Shown here piece by piece: positions 35,174 to 47,099 of a DNA stretch of 64,000 bases. This DNA is from Euglena gracilis. Its lineage: Eukaryota. Numbering within the stretch: position 1 is the stretch's first letter; every line of letters starts with the position of its first letter. The notes under the pieces are model-generated. The model was given only the letters and a program-made list of their open reading frames with translations. It made no database searches and had not been told where the DNA came from. The translations under genes and the position numbers were made by a program. The stretch lies in the NCBI GenBank assembly GCA_039621445.1, contig CP154954.1, positions 21,402,954 through 21,466,953 on the forward strand. Direction: 5' to 3'.

Positions 35174-38100
35174 GTGCTTCCAGGCTCGGTGACGCCAGAA
35201 GCAAAAGAAGAGAAGCACCAGCAGAGCCGCGGACGCGAGCTCTGGGCACTGGACCTGTTCTCCGGGACGGGCAGTGTCCGCCGGGCCCTCGAGGCAATGG
35301 GCTACCATGTCGTGAGTGTCGACTGGGACTCCCGGTGGCACCTTGATGTGGTGGCGGACATCCGGCGATGGGAGTACTGGCAGCAGTATTCCCCTGGTGA
35401 CTTCGATCTGGTGGCAGCATCCCCACCATGCACCGAGTACTCGTCGGCAATGACGACAAGGCCGAGGCGGTTGAGGGAAGCAGATGCGGTGGTGAGGAAG
35501 ACAAGGGAGATCATCCAGTACCTCGCTCCGGCGAAGTGGTGGATCGAGAATCCCCGGCACGGGCTGCTCCGCAGGAGGCGAGTAGTCCGAGACCTGGCCT
35601 TCGTGGACCTCGACTACTGCATGTTCGAAGACTTCGGCTACCGGAAGCCCACCCGGTTCTGGTTACCGAAGGAGATGGCCAGGGATCTCACCAACGTGTT
35701 GTGCGATGGCCGATGCAAAAGCTCGGTGCAAGGGGACAAAGGAAGACGGCGCCACCGGTTCCAGCTGGGAGGCAGGTGCCCCCACAGAGTGTCACGAGAG
35801 GAGGCGTACAGAATCCCAAGCGGCGTGGTGGAGTACCTGTGCCAAGGCACAGGACCACAAGCAGCAACCGAAGCAGAAGGAGCAGTGTCCAACAGCAAAG
35901 TGCAAGAGGTGACCATCAAGCCGTGGCACGTAAAGCCGGCCCGCTTTCGAGTGGGCAGGATGCAAAGGAGAGGAGGCGGATGCCAGCTGCTGCTGGAAGT
36001 GACCGTGGAAGCCAATGGTGAGTGCTACCAAGCAAAAGCGCTCATCGACACCGGAGCCCAGACGTCTCTCTGCCGGAGGGACCTGCTGCCAGAAGCCTGC
36101 TTCACGCAGTCCAGCAAGCCGCTGCTGCTCAAGACAGTGAGTGGCGAAGAGCTCAACGGAGGGAAGAACGAGGCCACCCTCACACTCTCCTTCGAGGCAA
36201 GGAGTGAAGAAGGCGTGCCAGTGGGCAGCCAGTGGAGCAGCACCGTCACCGCACACGACGGGGACATCGGCTGCGACCTCATCCTCGGATATCCGTGGTT
36301 GAAGGTCAATCGCCTCGACGTGCAGCCGTGGAGGGATGCACTCCAGCTGCATGATCCGCCACGGTGGGTGCTGTGGGCGCAAGAGGACAGCACCGTCCAA
36401 GGACAAGGAAGATCGACAGCAGCAGTGGTCACCCAGCAAGAGCCGCAACCACACCCAGCATCCTCAACCCAACATCCCCTCCAACAACCCCTGTCATCAA
36501 CGGCAACACAACATCAAGAGGAAGAAGAGTGTCTGTGGGAAGAAGAAGAAGATGTGGAGGAGCAAATGCTGGCATTGGTGCAGAAGATGCGGATGTGCAT
36601 TCCCGGAGAGATCCATGAAGCCGAGGAGGATGAAGGTGCGTCGGATGAGGAGATCTCCGACAACGAGGCACTCCAGGAAGCAGCAAGGCACATCCTCCAA
36701 GTGCAGGGCGAGCAGGTGGAAATCAGAGGCGTGGTGCAGTCAGACGACGAGCATCCAGATCCACTGGCATCCAAGCTCCGGCAAGAAATCCTGGATGAAT
36801 ACGCAGGACGCGTCTTCCGGGAAAGAGTGTGGCCAAATCCCCCAGCAAGAGGGACGCACGGCAAGGCCGTGCTCAGGCTGAAGCCAGGTGCAGTGCCAGT
36901 GGTGGGCAGAGTGATCCACCTGAGAGGAGAAAGGCATGATGCCCTGAGGGAAATGGAGGTAGAGTGCCGGAAGGACGGCAAGCTGGAACCCGGGAGGGGA
37001 CCGTGGAGAGCAGCCGCCTTCCCAATAAAAAAAAAGCGGGAAGTGGAGACTGGTGTGCGATTACGCGCTCACCAACAAGCAGCTGCAGCCGGACAGCTAC
37101 CCGCTGCCCCTCACCGAGGAGATCGTGGCCGAGCAAGCAAGATGTGAGCTGTTCAGCACAGTGGACCTCCGGGATGCCTTCCATCAAGTCGCCCTTGACG
37201 CCGAGTCCCGGCCAATCACCAACATCCAAATGCCGGGCGGCCTGTGGCAGTGGACTGTGGTCCCACAAGGGATCAATGTGGGCCCGGCACTGCTGCAACG
37301 GGACATCGATGCGACGTGTGCCGGACTGCAAAGGCACTCAAGGCCGTACTTTGATGACATCATCATCTGCACCAAAAGAAAAGTCGGCCAATCGGAAGAA
37401 GACTTCCTGAAGGCCCATGCCGCAGATGTCCGGGAGACGCTGGCAGCGCTCGAGCGCGACAAGTGGGTCTCGGACCCCAAGAAGGTGAAGCTGTTCATGC
37501 GCCGAGTGGAGTTTGTCGGCCATGTGCTGGGAGGAGGAAGAAGGTCACCAGCCCCAGGGAAGCTGGCAGCTGTCCAGAAGTGGGAGCTGCCCAAGAACGT
37601 CTCCAGCCTCCGGGCATTTTTGGGGCTGTGCAATTATTACAGCGGATACGTGCGAATGTTCGCCGAATATGCGGCACCGCTGCAGGAAAAGCTGAAGTTG
37701 CCCCGGGAGCTCGCCAAAGCAGGCAGCAAACACCCGGTGACATGGACCAAGGAGGAAGAGAAGGCATTCGAGCGCCTGAAGCAGGCACTCGTGGCGGACC
37801 TCGAGCTGTACCACATGGACCCCACCAAGCCGTTTGTCCTTCGGACAGATGCATCGGACTATGCGGTGGGTGCGGCGCTGGAGCAGTTCCCACTGGTGGA
37901 AGGACTCCCGTCCCTCGCGGACATCAAGCCAGGTGCCTCCATCCCCGTGGCCTTCATGAGCCGCAAGCTCACCGATGGCCAACGGCAGAAGTGGGACACC
38001 AGGGACAAGGAGACGTATGCAATCGTCTCCGCCCTGGACAAGTGGGCGCCGTACATTCTGGACAACGAGGTGCTGGTGCTGACAGACCACAAGAGCCTAC

Positions 38101-40509
38101 AAGGGTGGTACAAAGAGCATGTCGCAGGAGTCGGCCCACAAGGCCGCCGAGCAAGGTGGCATGCAAAGCTCAACAACTTCCGGCTGGAAGTCATCCATGT
38201 GCCAGGCCAAGCAAACACCATCGGAGATGCGCTCTCAAGATGGGCATATCCCGCCAGCCAAGGCTTCAAGGACATCACCTGGCATGGCACCGATCAAGAC
38301 ACGAAAGAAATGCAAAAGCAAATCCAGAAGGAGAAGGAAGAGGAGAGATCGTGTCCAAAGGCCACTCACCCAATCGACACAGCCACCGAAGAAAAGCAAG
38401 TACAAGCACAAAACCACCGAGAACACCGAAGTGGCAGTGACCACCCGAGCACAGATGAAAAAGAACCAGGCAGCACCAACAGCCAAGGGGTCCACCGACA
38501 TGGAGACGCCAAGCCCAGCACATCAAGGCACAGCAAGACCCACCAGACCCACCAGAGAAGCCAGCAGCATGCCAAAGAAAAACGAAAAGCCAGCAGTCCC
38601 ACAGACCAGCAGCAAATCAGCCAAGGACTCAGTGGAGGACGAGGAGGACGTGGTGGAAATCACAGCACCCACAGCAGAAACACCCAAGGAAAAGGATGCC
38701 ACAACATCAACCGCCGACCCAACAACCTCATCACCCCATCAACATCCCGACACCTCTATCATGCAGCCGCAACCTCCGTCTTCCAGCATCCCAGCACCCT
38801 TACCATCCTCATCATCACCCGACATCCCAACATCCTCCCCAACCACATCTGCCCCTGATCATCCCATCACCGACCCCGCAGACGCCGAGGAGGACATCGA
38901 CATCTACACCATGGACTGGGGACCGCACTACGAGAAGTGCCCCAGATGGCAAACCGTGTGGCACGACACCAAGATCGGAGACCCGTGGCCCAAGGGCTAC
39001 CGGGTTGAACACAAGAGGCTCCTGAAGGATGGGGTCTGGTGCGTGCCAACGGGCCTGGTGGGCAAGGTCCTCAGAGCACAGCATGCCCAAACGGGCCATT
39101 GGGCAGGCGAGATGCTGATGAAAGAGGCTCACCGTTTCTTCCAGTTCGCCGACGAGGAGGAGGCAAAGAAGCTGGCCGAGAGGATGCAGAAAATCTGCAG
39201 CTACTGCCAAGCAGTGGAACACCCCCACCAGCCGCTGCACCTGAAGGTGACACCGACACCGGTGCCGCCCCACATCATGACCAGCGTCTGCATCGACCTG
39301 TTTGTGATGCCCGAGGTGGAGTTCGAGGGCAAGCTGTTCAATGTCGTCGCGGGCTGCGTCGACAGACACAGCGGCTGGGTGGTGGCCACGGCACACCACA
39401 CGAGGGGGTTGACGGCAGCCAAGGTCGCCAAGGCGATGTACCGCAAGTGGTGGTCGCCCCATGGGATCCCAAGCGTGATCACCTCCGACAGGGGGCCCCA
39501 CTTCGCAGGAGCGTGGTGGCGAACCATGTGTGCCCTGCAAGGCGTGCGGCATGCTTACTCCCAAGCACACCACCACCCCGCCAACGGCAGAGCAGAGCAG
39601 ATGGGGGCACAGCTGCAGAAGCAGCTGCGGCACATCCACGAGGAGAAAGGAATTCCGTGGGTGGAAGCACTCCCCATCGCTGTCCAACGCCTCAACGACA
39701 AAGAAGGACCAAGCGGGTTGTCACCATATGAAGTGCTCTATGGAAGGCACCGGCCGTATGCTGGTGTCCCCTACGAGCCACCCACCAAGGCCGAAGATGC
39801 AGTCAGCTTCTTCGAGCGGCAGAAGCTGGTGGACAAGAAAGTCGCAGACACCGTGAACCAGCTGCATCAAAAAAAGACCGAGCAGTTGAACAAGCGACGC
39901 AAGGAGCTGCCACCACTGCAAGTGGGCAGCAAGGCGTGGTACCTGCGGCCAAGGGGCAGGCCAGGGGAGAAGCTGGAGAGCTACTGGCTGGGCCCATGCC
40001 GCGTGATGGAGAGGAGGAGTGAGCACGGCTACGTGGTGGAACTGCAGGAAGGAAGGATGCAAGAAGCACACCGGTGCCAGCTGAAGGCGTACACAGAGGG
40101 CGATGAAGAGCTGGGATCACCGGTGAAGCTATTCCACTTCAAGCAGGCCCGGTCAGATCCTCCAACCGGGATCGATGAGTGGAACGTCGAAAAAGTGGTG
40201 ACCCACCGAAGAACGCCAGGAGGAGAGTTGGAGTTCAAGGTGCAGTGGGAAGGTTCCACCGAACTCACCTGGGAACCACTGCACCATTTCTTCCACAGCT
40301 ACAGTCAGCCCATCGTTGATTACTTCCAGAAGAAGAACCTGAAGGAGGATGTCATGGCTCATCTGGCCAAACACCCAACAGAGGTGTCCAGGGTGTGGCT
40401 GTCAGCAGTAGAAGGAGGACCGAGGCAAGACAAGAAGTGGCCACTTGAGTGGGAAGAGCCCCCCACTGAGTGGACATGGGAGGAGAAGGAGGCGAACCAG
40501 CAGCTGTGA
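35174..40509 (+). CDS. pol: G1 Pol: DNMT, aspartic protease, RT, RNase H, integrase, chromodomain (frameshifts ~37030 and ~38400)
   Basis: PR LIDTGA (~36047); RT CDY..N, DLRDAFHQ, YFDD; RH TDASD...KE...TDH...DALSR; IN H-H-C-C, IDLF, TSDRG, NGRAE; chromodomain EWNVEKVVTHR...FKVQWEG...TWEP (~40177-40330). Confidence 0.95.
35240..35845 (+). CDS. C5-cytosine DNA methyltransferase domain in G1 Pol
   Basis: Motif I LDLFSGTGS, motif II VSVD, motif IV ASPPCTEYS (catalytic PC), motif VI IENP, motif VIII-like YRKPTRFW, C-terminal AYRIP. Confidence 0.92.
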
Positions 40510-41650
40510 GGGGCAGAAGCCCCCAGAACCCCAGCGACGGGGCCGCCAGCAAGAGGAGAGACAGCAAAACCGCAGAGACAAAAACACCCCACCAGCACAA
40601 GAGAAAATGGCGAAGAGCCACCACAGCACCCAACGAGAAACGGGAGAGACCGACACCAGCCGAGGGAACAGCAAGCCAGGAAGGGGAGAGCCCCAAAAAC
40701 GCCCAAGCCCACGCAGGCCAAAAGAGAGGCCCACCATAGGCGCCCGGTCGGGTCCACCTGGCCTAGACAACGGCAGAAGCGGCAACCTCAACATAGCTCC
40801 CACCTCCAACAGCACCCTCAGCTTCTAGCTTCCCCAACCTCTCCCCACAACCCATACATCAGCTCCGTACCCCAGTGCCACCCCAATCCCGCAGCCCCGC
40901 AGTTCCCCTCACCTCAGCCTCCAACCCACCGACCCGTCTCCCACCGCACCGCACCGCAGCACACACCGACCAGTCACCACGCAGCACCGCCCGAACACGT
41001 GCCCCCATGGCACGTCCCACCCCATGCACGGTACCATGCGACCCAACGCAGCCGTGCGTGCCCGTGTGGCACCGAGCCTGAGCCTGCCTCACCCAGGTCT
41101 GACGGTTCGTACCCAGGCTTCCCAGTGACCCGTCCCTCGCATCCCAGGCGGGTAGGGGGCCCACCACCGGAGGGACCGGCCCTAAAGGCCCAGCCGGCCC
41201 ACGGTGCGACCTGGCGGACCGGACCCAGCCGGCCGCCGCCCGTTTGCCCCGGCTACCCAAGCCTGAGGGGGGCGGGGGGGAAAGCGGAAAAGCCTGCTGC
41301 CAACCTGGGGTGAGTAAGGGGGTTTGGGCGGTACCATCGTTTTGTTCAATCTGCATCGTTTACCGTATTGTTTTATCTGCATCCTGGTGCCCATCGTCAG
41401 ATTTTCTCAATTCAACAGTGCAGCGCAGCTGTGGACAGTGCGGTTCGGCGAGCAGCACAGGAGGCTGTGGTTGACCCTGTGGCGAGGGTTGACCCTGGAC
41501 CGCACCTTTTCCCTGTCCCTCTCTTTCCTTTCCCGGACAACCGAACCCCCTAACCCCGGCCTCAAGGAAGGCCACGGCACCCCGGCCCAGGTGGGAAGGG
41601 GCGCCAGGCAACAGCGGGGGGCAAGAGCAGGCACGCCACCCGCAGAGCAT

Positions 41651-42722
41651 GCACACCCCAGGCGCCACGAGCGAGCACCAGCCAGCCAGGGGCCGGGGCC
41701 CCCCCCCCAGCCGGCAGACCCAGCCAGCCAAAGGCAGGGCCCCCCCCCCCCCAGCCAGCCAACCAGCGGGACCCCCCCCCCCGAGCCAGCCCGGGAGGGG
41801 ACACCCAACCAAAACCCCCCCAGGCAGCCAAAAGGCCCGGGAGAGCCCAGGAGAGCCAGAGCCAAAGACAGGAGACCAGCCACCCCCACCCCCACCGCAG
41901 GACGAGCGGGGAACCCAGAGCCAAGCAGCAAGACGAGCCCCACGACAAAGGCCCCACGAACCACGAGGGGCAAACCAGAAGCGGGGCAGACCAACGAGCC
42001 CAGAGGGGCCAAGCCAGCAAAGGGGCCCGGAGGGGGCAGGCAGGCCAGACACCCCCCGGCCCAAGAGAAGGGCAGCCCAGAGAGCGCGCACGCCCCCCCC
42101 CAGCACAGGGAAGGGCAGCCACGCCGCGCGCACCCCCCCCACACACAAGGCAGCCCAAGACACACAGCGAGCACGCCCCAGCGCACAAGGGGCAGGGCAG
42201 CCCAAAGCCGCGCACAACACGCGAGCCCCCCCCAGCGCACAACGGGAGGGGACCGCACGCGCCCAAGGCAGCCCCCCCCCCCACGGGGGGAACCAGACCC
42301 GGCAGACCCCCCCCCGGGCACGAAGGGGGCACCAAACCCCCCCAGGGCAGCCCAAAAGAAAGAAACCGCCCCCCCCCGGGAACGGCAAAAAAAAAAAAAA
42401 AAAAAGCGCCCCCCCCCCAGGGGGCGGCCAAAAAAAAAAAAAAGCCCCCCCCCCCCCCAGGCGCCGCCAAACAAAAAAAAAAAAAACCGCCCCCCCCCCG
42501 GGGGCGGCCCAAAAAAACAAAAAAAACCCCCCCCCCCCCCGGGCGCGGCCAAAAAAAAAAAAAACCGCCCCCCCCCCCAGGGGGCGGCCAAAAAAAAAAA
42601 ACCGCCCCCCCCCCAGGGGGCGGCCAAAAAAAAAAAAAAAAAACCCCCCCCCCCCAGGGGCGCCAGGCCAGGAGCACGCACACCAGCCAAACCGACCAGC
42701 CAAACCCAGGAGGCAGCCCGCC
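41651..42722 (+). other. 1,072-nt tract with no T on the + strand
   Basis: Last T at 41650 and next T at 42723 by direct reading. Confidence 0.9.
42360..42662 (+). repeat. Tandem repeat of GGGGCGGCC-A(n)-CCGC(n) units (~35-40 bp, about 8 copies)
   Basis: Alternating A-tracts and C-tract/G-tract hairpin modules. Confidence 0.85.
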
Positions 42723-43184
42723 TCTGCCACACGGAGGCCTGCCCCCAGCTGGATTGTCCGCCGCGGGCAGACGATCGAAGGGCTGAGAGCTCCAACCAGG
42801 CTTCCGTGGAGGCAAGCGGCGCGGCCCAGGCCGAGCGAGGCACGCCCCCCCCCGGCCAAGGGCGAGCCCAAGCACGCCCCCCAGGCCCGCCGGGGAGCGC
42901 ACATGCCTTGCACACCCAACCCGAGCCCACAGAGCCCCGCCCGCAGCCGGTTCCACCGCTGCGGCGGGAAGCCACACAGCGCTCCGCGCCCGCGGCTCTG
43001 TGGAGGGACGGCGGAGCCAAAGCCGACCCCCAGGCCGAAGTTCCCTCAAAACGGCCCCATCATTGCTTCCCTCAGTTATAACGTTCCTTTCCTTTTTTTG
43101 TACATAGTGCACTCGATGCCTGGTGCGCACCGCTCCCGCCCCCCACCGCCGGGGTAAGCCAAAGGCAGGCGAGGCCGGCGCCTC

Positions 43185-43198
43185 GGTAGGAAGGGGAG
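43185..43198 (+). promoter_or_regulatory. Polypurine tract of G1
   Basis: GGTAGGAAGGGGAG abutting the 3' LTR. Confidence 0.85.
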
Positions 43199-43838
43199 TG
43201 TGGGCGGCGGCGGCCTGAGCGCATGCGCACACAAAGTAGCGGAACCCTCCGCTACTACCTGACCACCCCCTTTCTGCATTTGCCTTCCGCAGGCTCCCTT
43301 GTTTCCATGGATTCAATCTGATTTGTGCATTGGAATTCAAGTTTTCAAGTTCAATTGTTCAATTCAATCAAATACAAAGATTTCAAAGAAACCAAAGGAA
43401 ACTGCCAAAGGAGAAATTACCTTCAAGGAGATCAAAGAAAACCTCAAGGAATTGGCCTACCAGGAGCGCCCCAAGGCAATTTCAAAGGTACTTGCTGGAT
43501 TTGGCTGGGCTAAGTGGCTATAAGGGTGGGAAGCACCCCCTGAAAACCCCTAGCACCCAGGCTTTTCCGCCCCCCCCTCTGTCCCCCCTCAATTTCCCCC
43601 CCTGCGAGGGCCCACCTAAGCGGCTCCGCAGACCCCCAGAGGCATCGCAGGAGGCACCCCCCTCCACTCCGCCGCCGGGAATACTAAAAAATGGATCCCA
43701 ACCCATTCCAAGCACCCACGGAGCTTCCCAGGGCCTCCGTGGGGGCTGAGCCCACCCGCGCACCCCCCCTCGCCGGATCCGTGACCCGGGACCCACCCTG
43801 CCGGAACCCCAGCGAGACCGGGGCCCCCCCTGGGAAAC
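43199..43838 (+). repeat. G1 3' LTR
   Basis: Direct repeat of 29090-29728. Confidence 0.95.
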
Positions 43839-44842
43839 CCTGGGAAATCCCTTTTCCTCCTGGGGCTGGGTCATTGAAAGGGCTACTGTGGGTCCCTTTT
43901 CCGCCTTTTTTTGGCAGAGGGCCACTGTGGGTCCCTCGGGGGATTTCTCCAGCATGAAATTCCTTAGCTTCTTGGTGGCCACTGTGGGTCCACCCTGCTG
44001 GTCTCCAAGGTTTCCATGTGTATTTTTTTTCCATAATCCATCTGTTGGTCTTCTAGGCCTTGATTTCTTCTTGGCCTCCAACCCCACTGGAAATCTGGGG
44101 GGGCTGCTGTGGCCCCCCCCCCATTTTTCCCTTGAGAGGGGCTCTTGTGCAAGATTAATTTGTGGGGTTTGGGCAGACATTTTCTGCCACTTCCTGAGGG
44201 GATTTGCTTGTAAAACTGGCCCCCATGGCCCCTGTAGTGTTGACCTCCTTGGCCTTGATTCCATCTCCCCATCCTTTGGCCAGTTTGTGTACAGGCGACT
44301 GGGCGCCTTTGGGGAGATGCCCCACATGTGTGGGCTGTGGTTGTTCAATTGTGGAGCATTTTGGGCCCCCATGGCCCTTCCTTTGCCCACCAAGGGCTGG
44401 GGCTGACTGCTTTTTTCTGGGCCTTCTGGCCACAGTGGGGGTTTGGCTGGGAAATTTCTGGGGTGGGGGTCTGGGGGGGGGGAAGGGCCACGGTTTGCCA
44501 AGTGTTGACCGCATCTCCAAGTTCTCCAGCTTTTGCGGCCACTGCTCCAGGACGTCCGTGGCCATGCAATTCCAATTTCTCCTCCACTGCATTGCTCATT
44601 GAAGTCAAATTGAAAATTGATAAGTGAATTCTCAATTGATATCCATCTGGGTCGTGCTCCTCTTGGTATTGAATTGATATTGACTTCTTTTCTCGGTTCT
44701 TCTTCGTTCTCGAACTGCCTTCCTTTCTTCTGGGTGTAGCAGGGCAAGTTAGGAATCAGCCAACACCGGCCAAAAAAGCCACTAAGCGGGCTTCCTAACC
44801 CACCGCAGCGAACAATCGCACAACAAACCGCCGGCGAGCAAG
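43839..44842 (-). mobile_element. 5' fragment of a second DIRS family (C): distal left ITR plus gag-like region; probably continues at 29089-28920
   Basis: The reverse complement aligns with 50704-51535; CCACTGTGGGT-type repeats occur on both sides of G1. Confidence 0.75.
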
Positions 44843-46745
44843 TCGGACTCCCACGACAGAGGCAGGGGGAGGAAGGGACCAAGAGGGCGATGCACAAGAA
44901 GATGGTGAGGACCTGCTTTCCTTGCCGGCTGTTCTGTTCTGGTGTGTTTGTGCGTGTGCGGGCGTGCTTCTTACTGCGCCTTTGTTGCCGGAGTTGGCGA
45001 TGATGAGGCTCCTCCGACACCTTGGCGAAGCTGAACCGTCGTGGCCCCGCCCCCCCCCTCTCCCATTGCTGCTTGGTCGGAGGTCCCCTTTCTGGTTGGG
45101 ATGTCTTTCTTTTTCTGCTGATTTTTTGGGTGGGAGGGTTGGGCTCACCATCTTCTTGTGCTTCGCCCTCTTGGTCCCTTCCTCCCCCTTCCTCTGCCGT
45201 GGGAGTCCGAGACCATTCGGGCTCCGCACTGCGAGATGGTGAGGTACTGTGCACCCCCCTTTGGGCCATAATTGTTTGAATTTTTGATACGACCCCGAGT
45301 CGCAAATAATGAGCTTGGAAGGCCCCAAAATTTTTCCACTGACCCAACTGCTGGACTTCTTCCACTTGCAAACCAGCATTTTTCCACCATAAAACCCCAG
45401 CCTCTCTGGTGCTGTGGGGTTTCCAGTGGGTGGTGTCCACCCCCCCCCTCTTGCAGAATTTCTTTGGTGAGGGAATTCACCCTTTCTGATGTCAAGGTCT
45501 TTTACCATCCAAAGACCATAACAAATTATTTTTGTGTCCAACCATGTGGGCTGTCCTTTCCACATGCTCTTGCAATAAATGCCAGGGGCTTATGAGGGGG
45601 GTGTGTGGCAAATTCAAAACTTCCTCCCATCTTGGGAATTGCCACCCTTTCCTTTGCAATAAAATGAAAAATGTTTCTCCCACGAAACTTGTTTTTCGCT
45701 GTGTCCTGGCTAGATCAACCCCCCTGTGGAGGGCCAAAAGCCTCCAACAGATGATGAGTCTGTTTCTGAGCTCTTTCACAGAAAGGTCTGAGAGAGGTGT
45801 TGAATTCCTCAAGATGTTTTCTAGGAAATCAGTGGGGTCCCAAAAATGGGCATACTTGCAGACACTGGAATTCCATTTCCTTTTCAATGGAGCCAGAAGG
45901 GGTGAAAATCTCAATGACCCAAACCCTGGGAGTAACAAGGCTGCTGCATATGCATTTCGTGCAGCATTGATGCTGTGAACAGCAAGATGAAGGATGGCTT
46001 CAGCCATCTTGTGGATTGTGCAATCCTGCAGGGGCACCCCTTTGTGCAACAACTGGCCCACCAATGCCCTGAAGGCTGAGTCATATCTTTTGACATTTCC
46101 CAGATTTTTTATGTAAGTGTCGATACTGGACATCGAAACTTCCTGGGATTGTAATATTTGCCTGACACAATCAAGCAGGCCAAATTCCACCTTGGGGGGG
46201 GGCATCTTCTCCCCCCAGCAGTTGGTGAATAGACCCCATTGGGGGGGTACAGGCAAAACTTCGCTGCCTGGCTGCCTGATTGACATTAATTGGCGCCACC
46301 ATGATGTCGAAGCCCAGTGGGGTACGATGAACAGACATGTTAGGTCTGGGTTTAACACTAATCTCTGAACCCATTGGGGAATGATGCTGCAGGGAGGGTT
46401 GGCATAAACTGAGGGGAGGCCCCTCAAGTCTGCCCTCAAGGCATCCACCAGCAAGGCTCCTTGGTGGGGGTATCGACAAACGAACTTGGGGAATTTTTTG
46501 TTGCTGGGGGTGCAAAACATGTCCACTTCTGGGGTTATGTCCATTCTGAAGAACTGAAGAATTTGGTGAAAGATGTTCAGGTTTAGGGTATAATCCCCTG
46601 GGTCCTTTTGCTCCCTGGTCAGGGAGTCTGCCAATTGTTCTTTTGTGGGAACCCAAACCACTTGCAAATTGGTTTGTTTTTCCTGACAATGATACAACAG
46701 AGGTTTTAGGATGGAATTTAGGTGTGGCTTTTTGCCACCCCCCTT
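44843..46745 (-). mobile_element. DIRS1-type retrotransposon, 3' half (element B): RNase H end, MTase-like domain, tyrosine recombinase, ICR, right ITR
   Basis: WVPTKEQLADSLTR, VDMFCTPSNKK...VYANPP, LHRGVDL, HSTR, GQW, HY. Right ITR plus extension 44843-44998; ICR 45144-45245. Confidence 0.92.
45250..46745 (-). pseudogene. DIRS RNase H / adenine-MTase-like domain / tyrosine recombinase (frameshifted)
   Basis: ORF 45492..46796 plus short downstream frames carrying the YR catalytic R, HxxR, W and Y residues. Confidence 0.88.
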
Positions 46746-47099
46746 GATGGCGCGAAGCGCCGGGGACGGTGAAAGTTTTCCCTGAAAAATTACCAAAAAA
46801 CCCCAATTTCACCCACAAAAATGATGAAAGCTCAAAAATTTCCAGATTTTTGAAGGTCAAAGAACATGGTAAGTGTCAATTTACACCAATTTATACATGG
46901 CGCGAAGCGCCGAAGGAAAAAAATTAGCACTCATGGGAACCTAAAAAAATGTTGTTTTTTCGGGCCCGGGTTGGTCAAGAAAAAATCCAAAAATAAGACC
47001 CCCCCAAAAATAAGACCCCCCCTGGAGGCTTCCAGCAACGGACCCAAAAATAAGACCCGGGTCTTTTTTTGGGGGGGGTTTATGTCTTCCAACAACAAG

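Larger units (their letters stand above)
29090..43838 (+). mobile_element. Full-length Ty3/Gypsy chromodomain LTR retrotransposon encoding a C5 DNA methyltransferase (G1)
   Basis: Two ~640-bp near-identical LTRs, PBS, gag, pol in order DNMT-PR-RT-RH-IN-chromodomain, and PPT. Confidence 0.97.

Noticed and set aside
33357-35192. 611-aa Pro/Gln/His-rich ORF
   Set aside because: Probably an alternative frame of the repetitive linker; it is not in frame with gag or the DNMT.
35240-35845. Bacterial restriction-modification gene or contamination
   Set aside because: Fused in frame to the retroviral-type protease inside paired LTRs, conserved in a second element, and no nuclease partner.
41324-43340. 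Five overlapping 500-590 aa ORFs on both strands (possible env or antisense gene)
   Set aside because: The T-free + strand cannot form stop codons in any frame; the translations are low-complexity with no domain.
43518-45440. 640-aa minus-strand ORF
   Set aside because: A chimera: the recombinase C-terminus reads through the ICR, ITR, family C fragment and G1 LTR.
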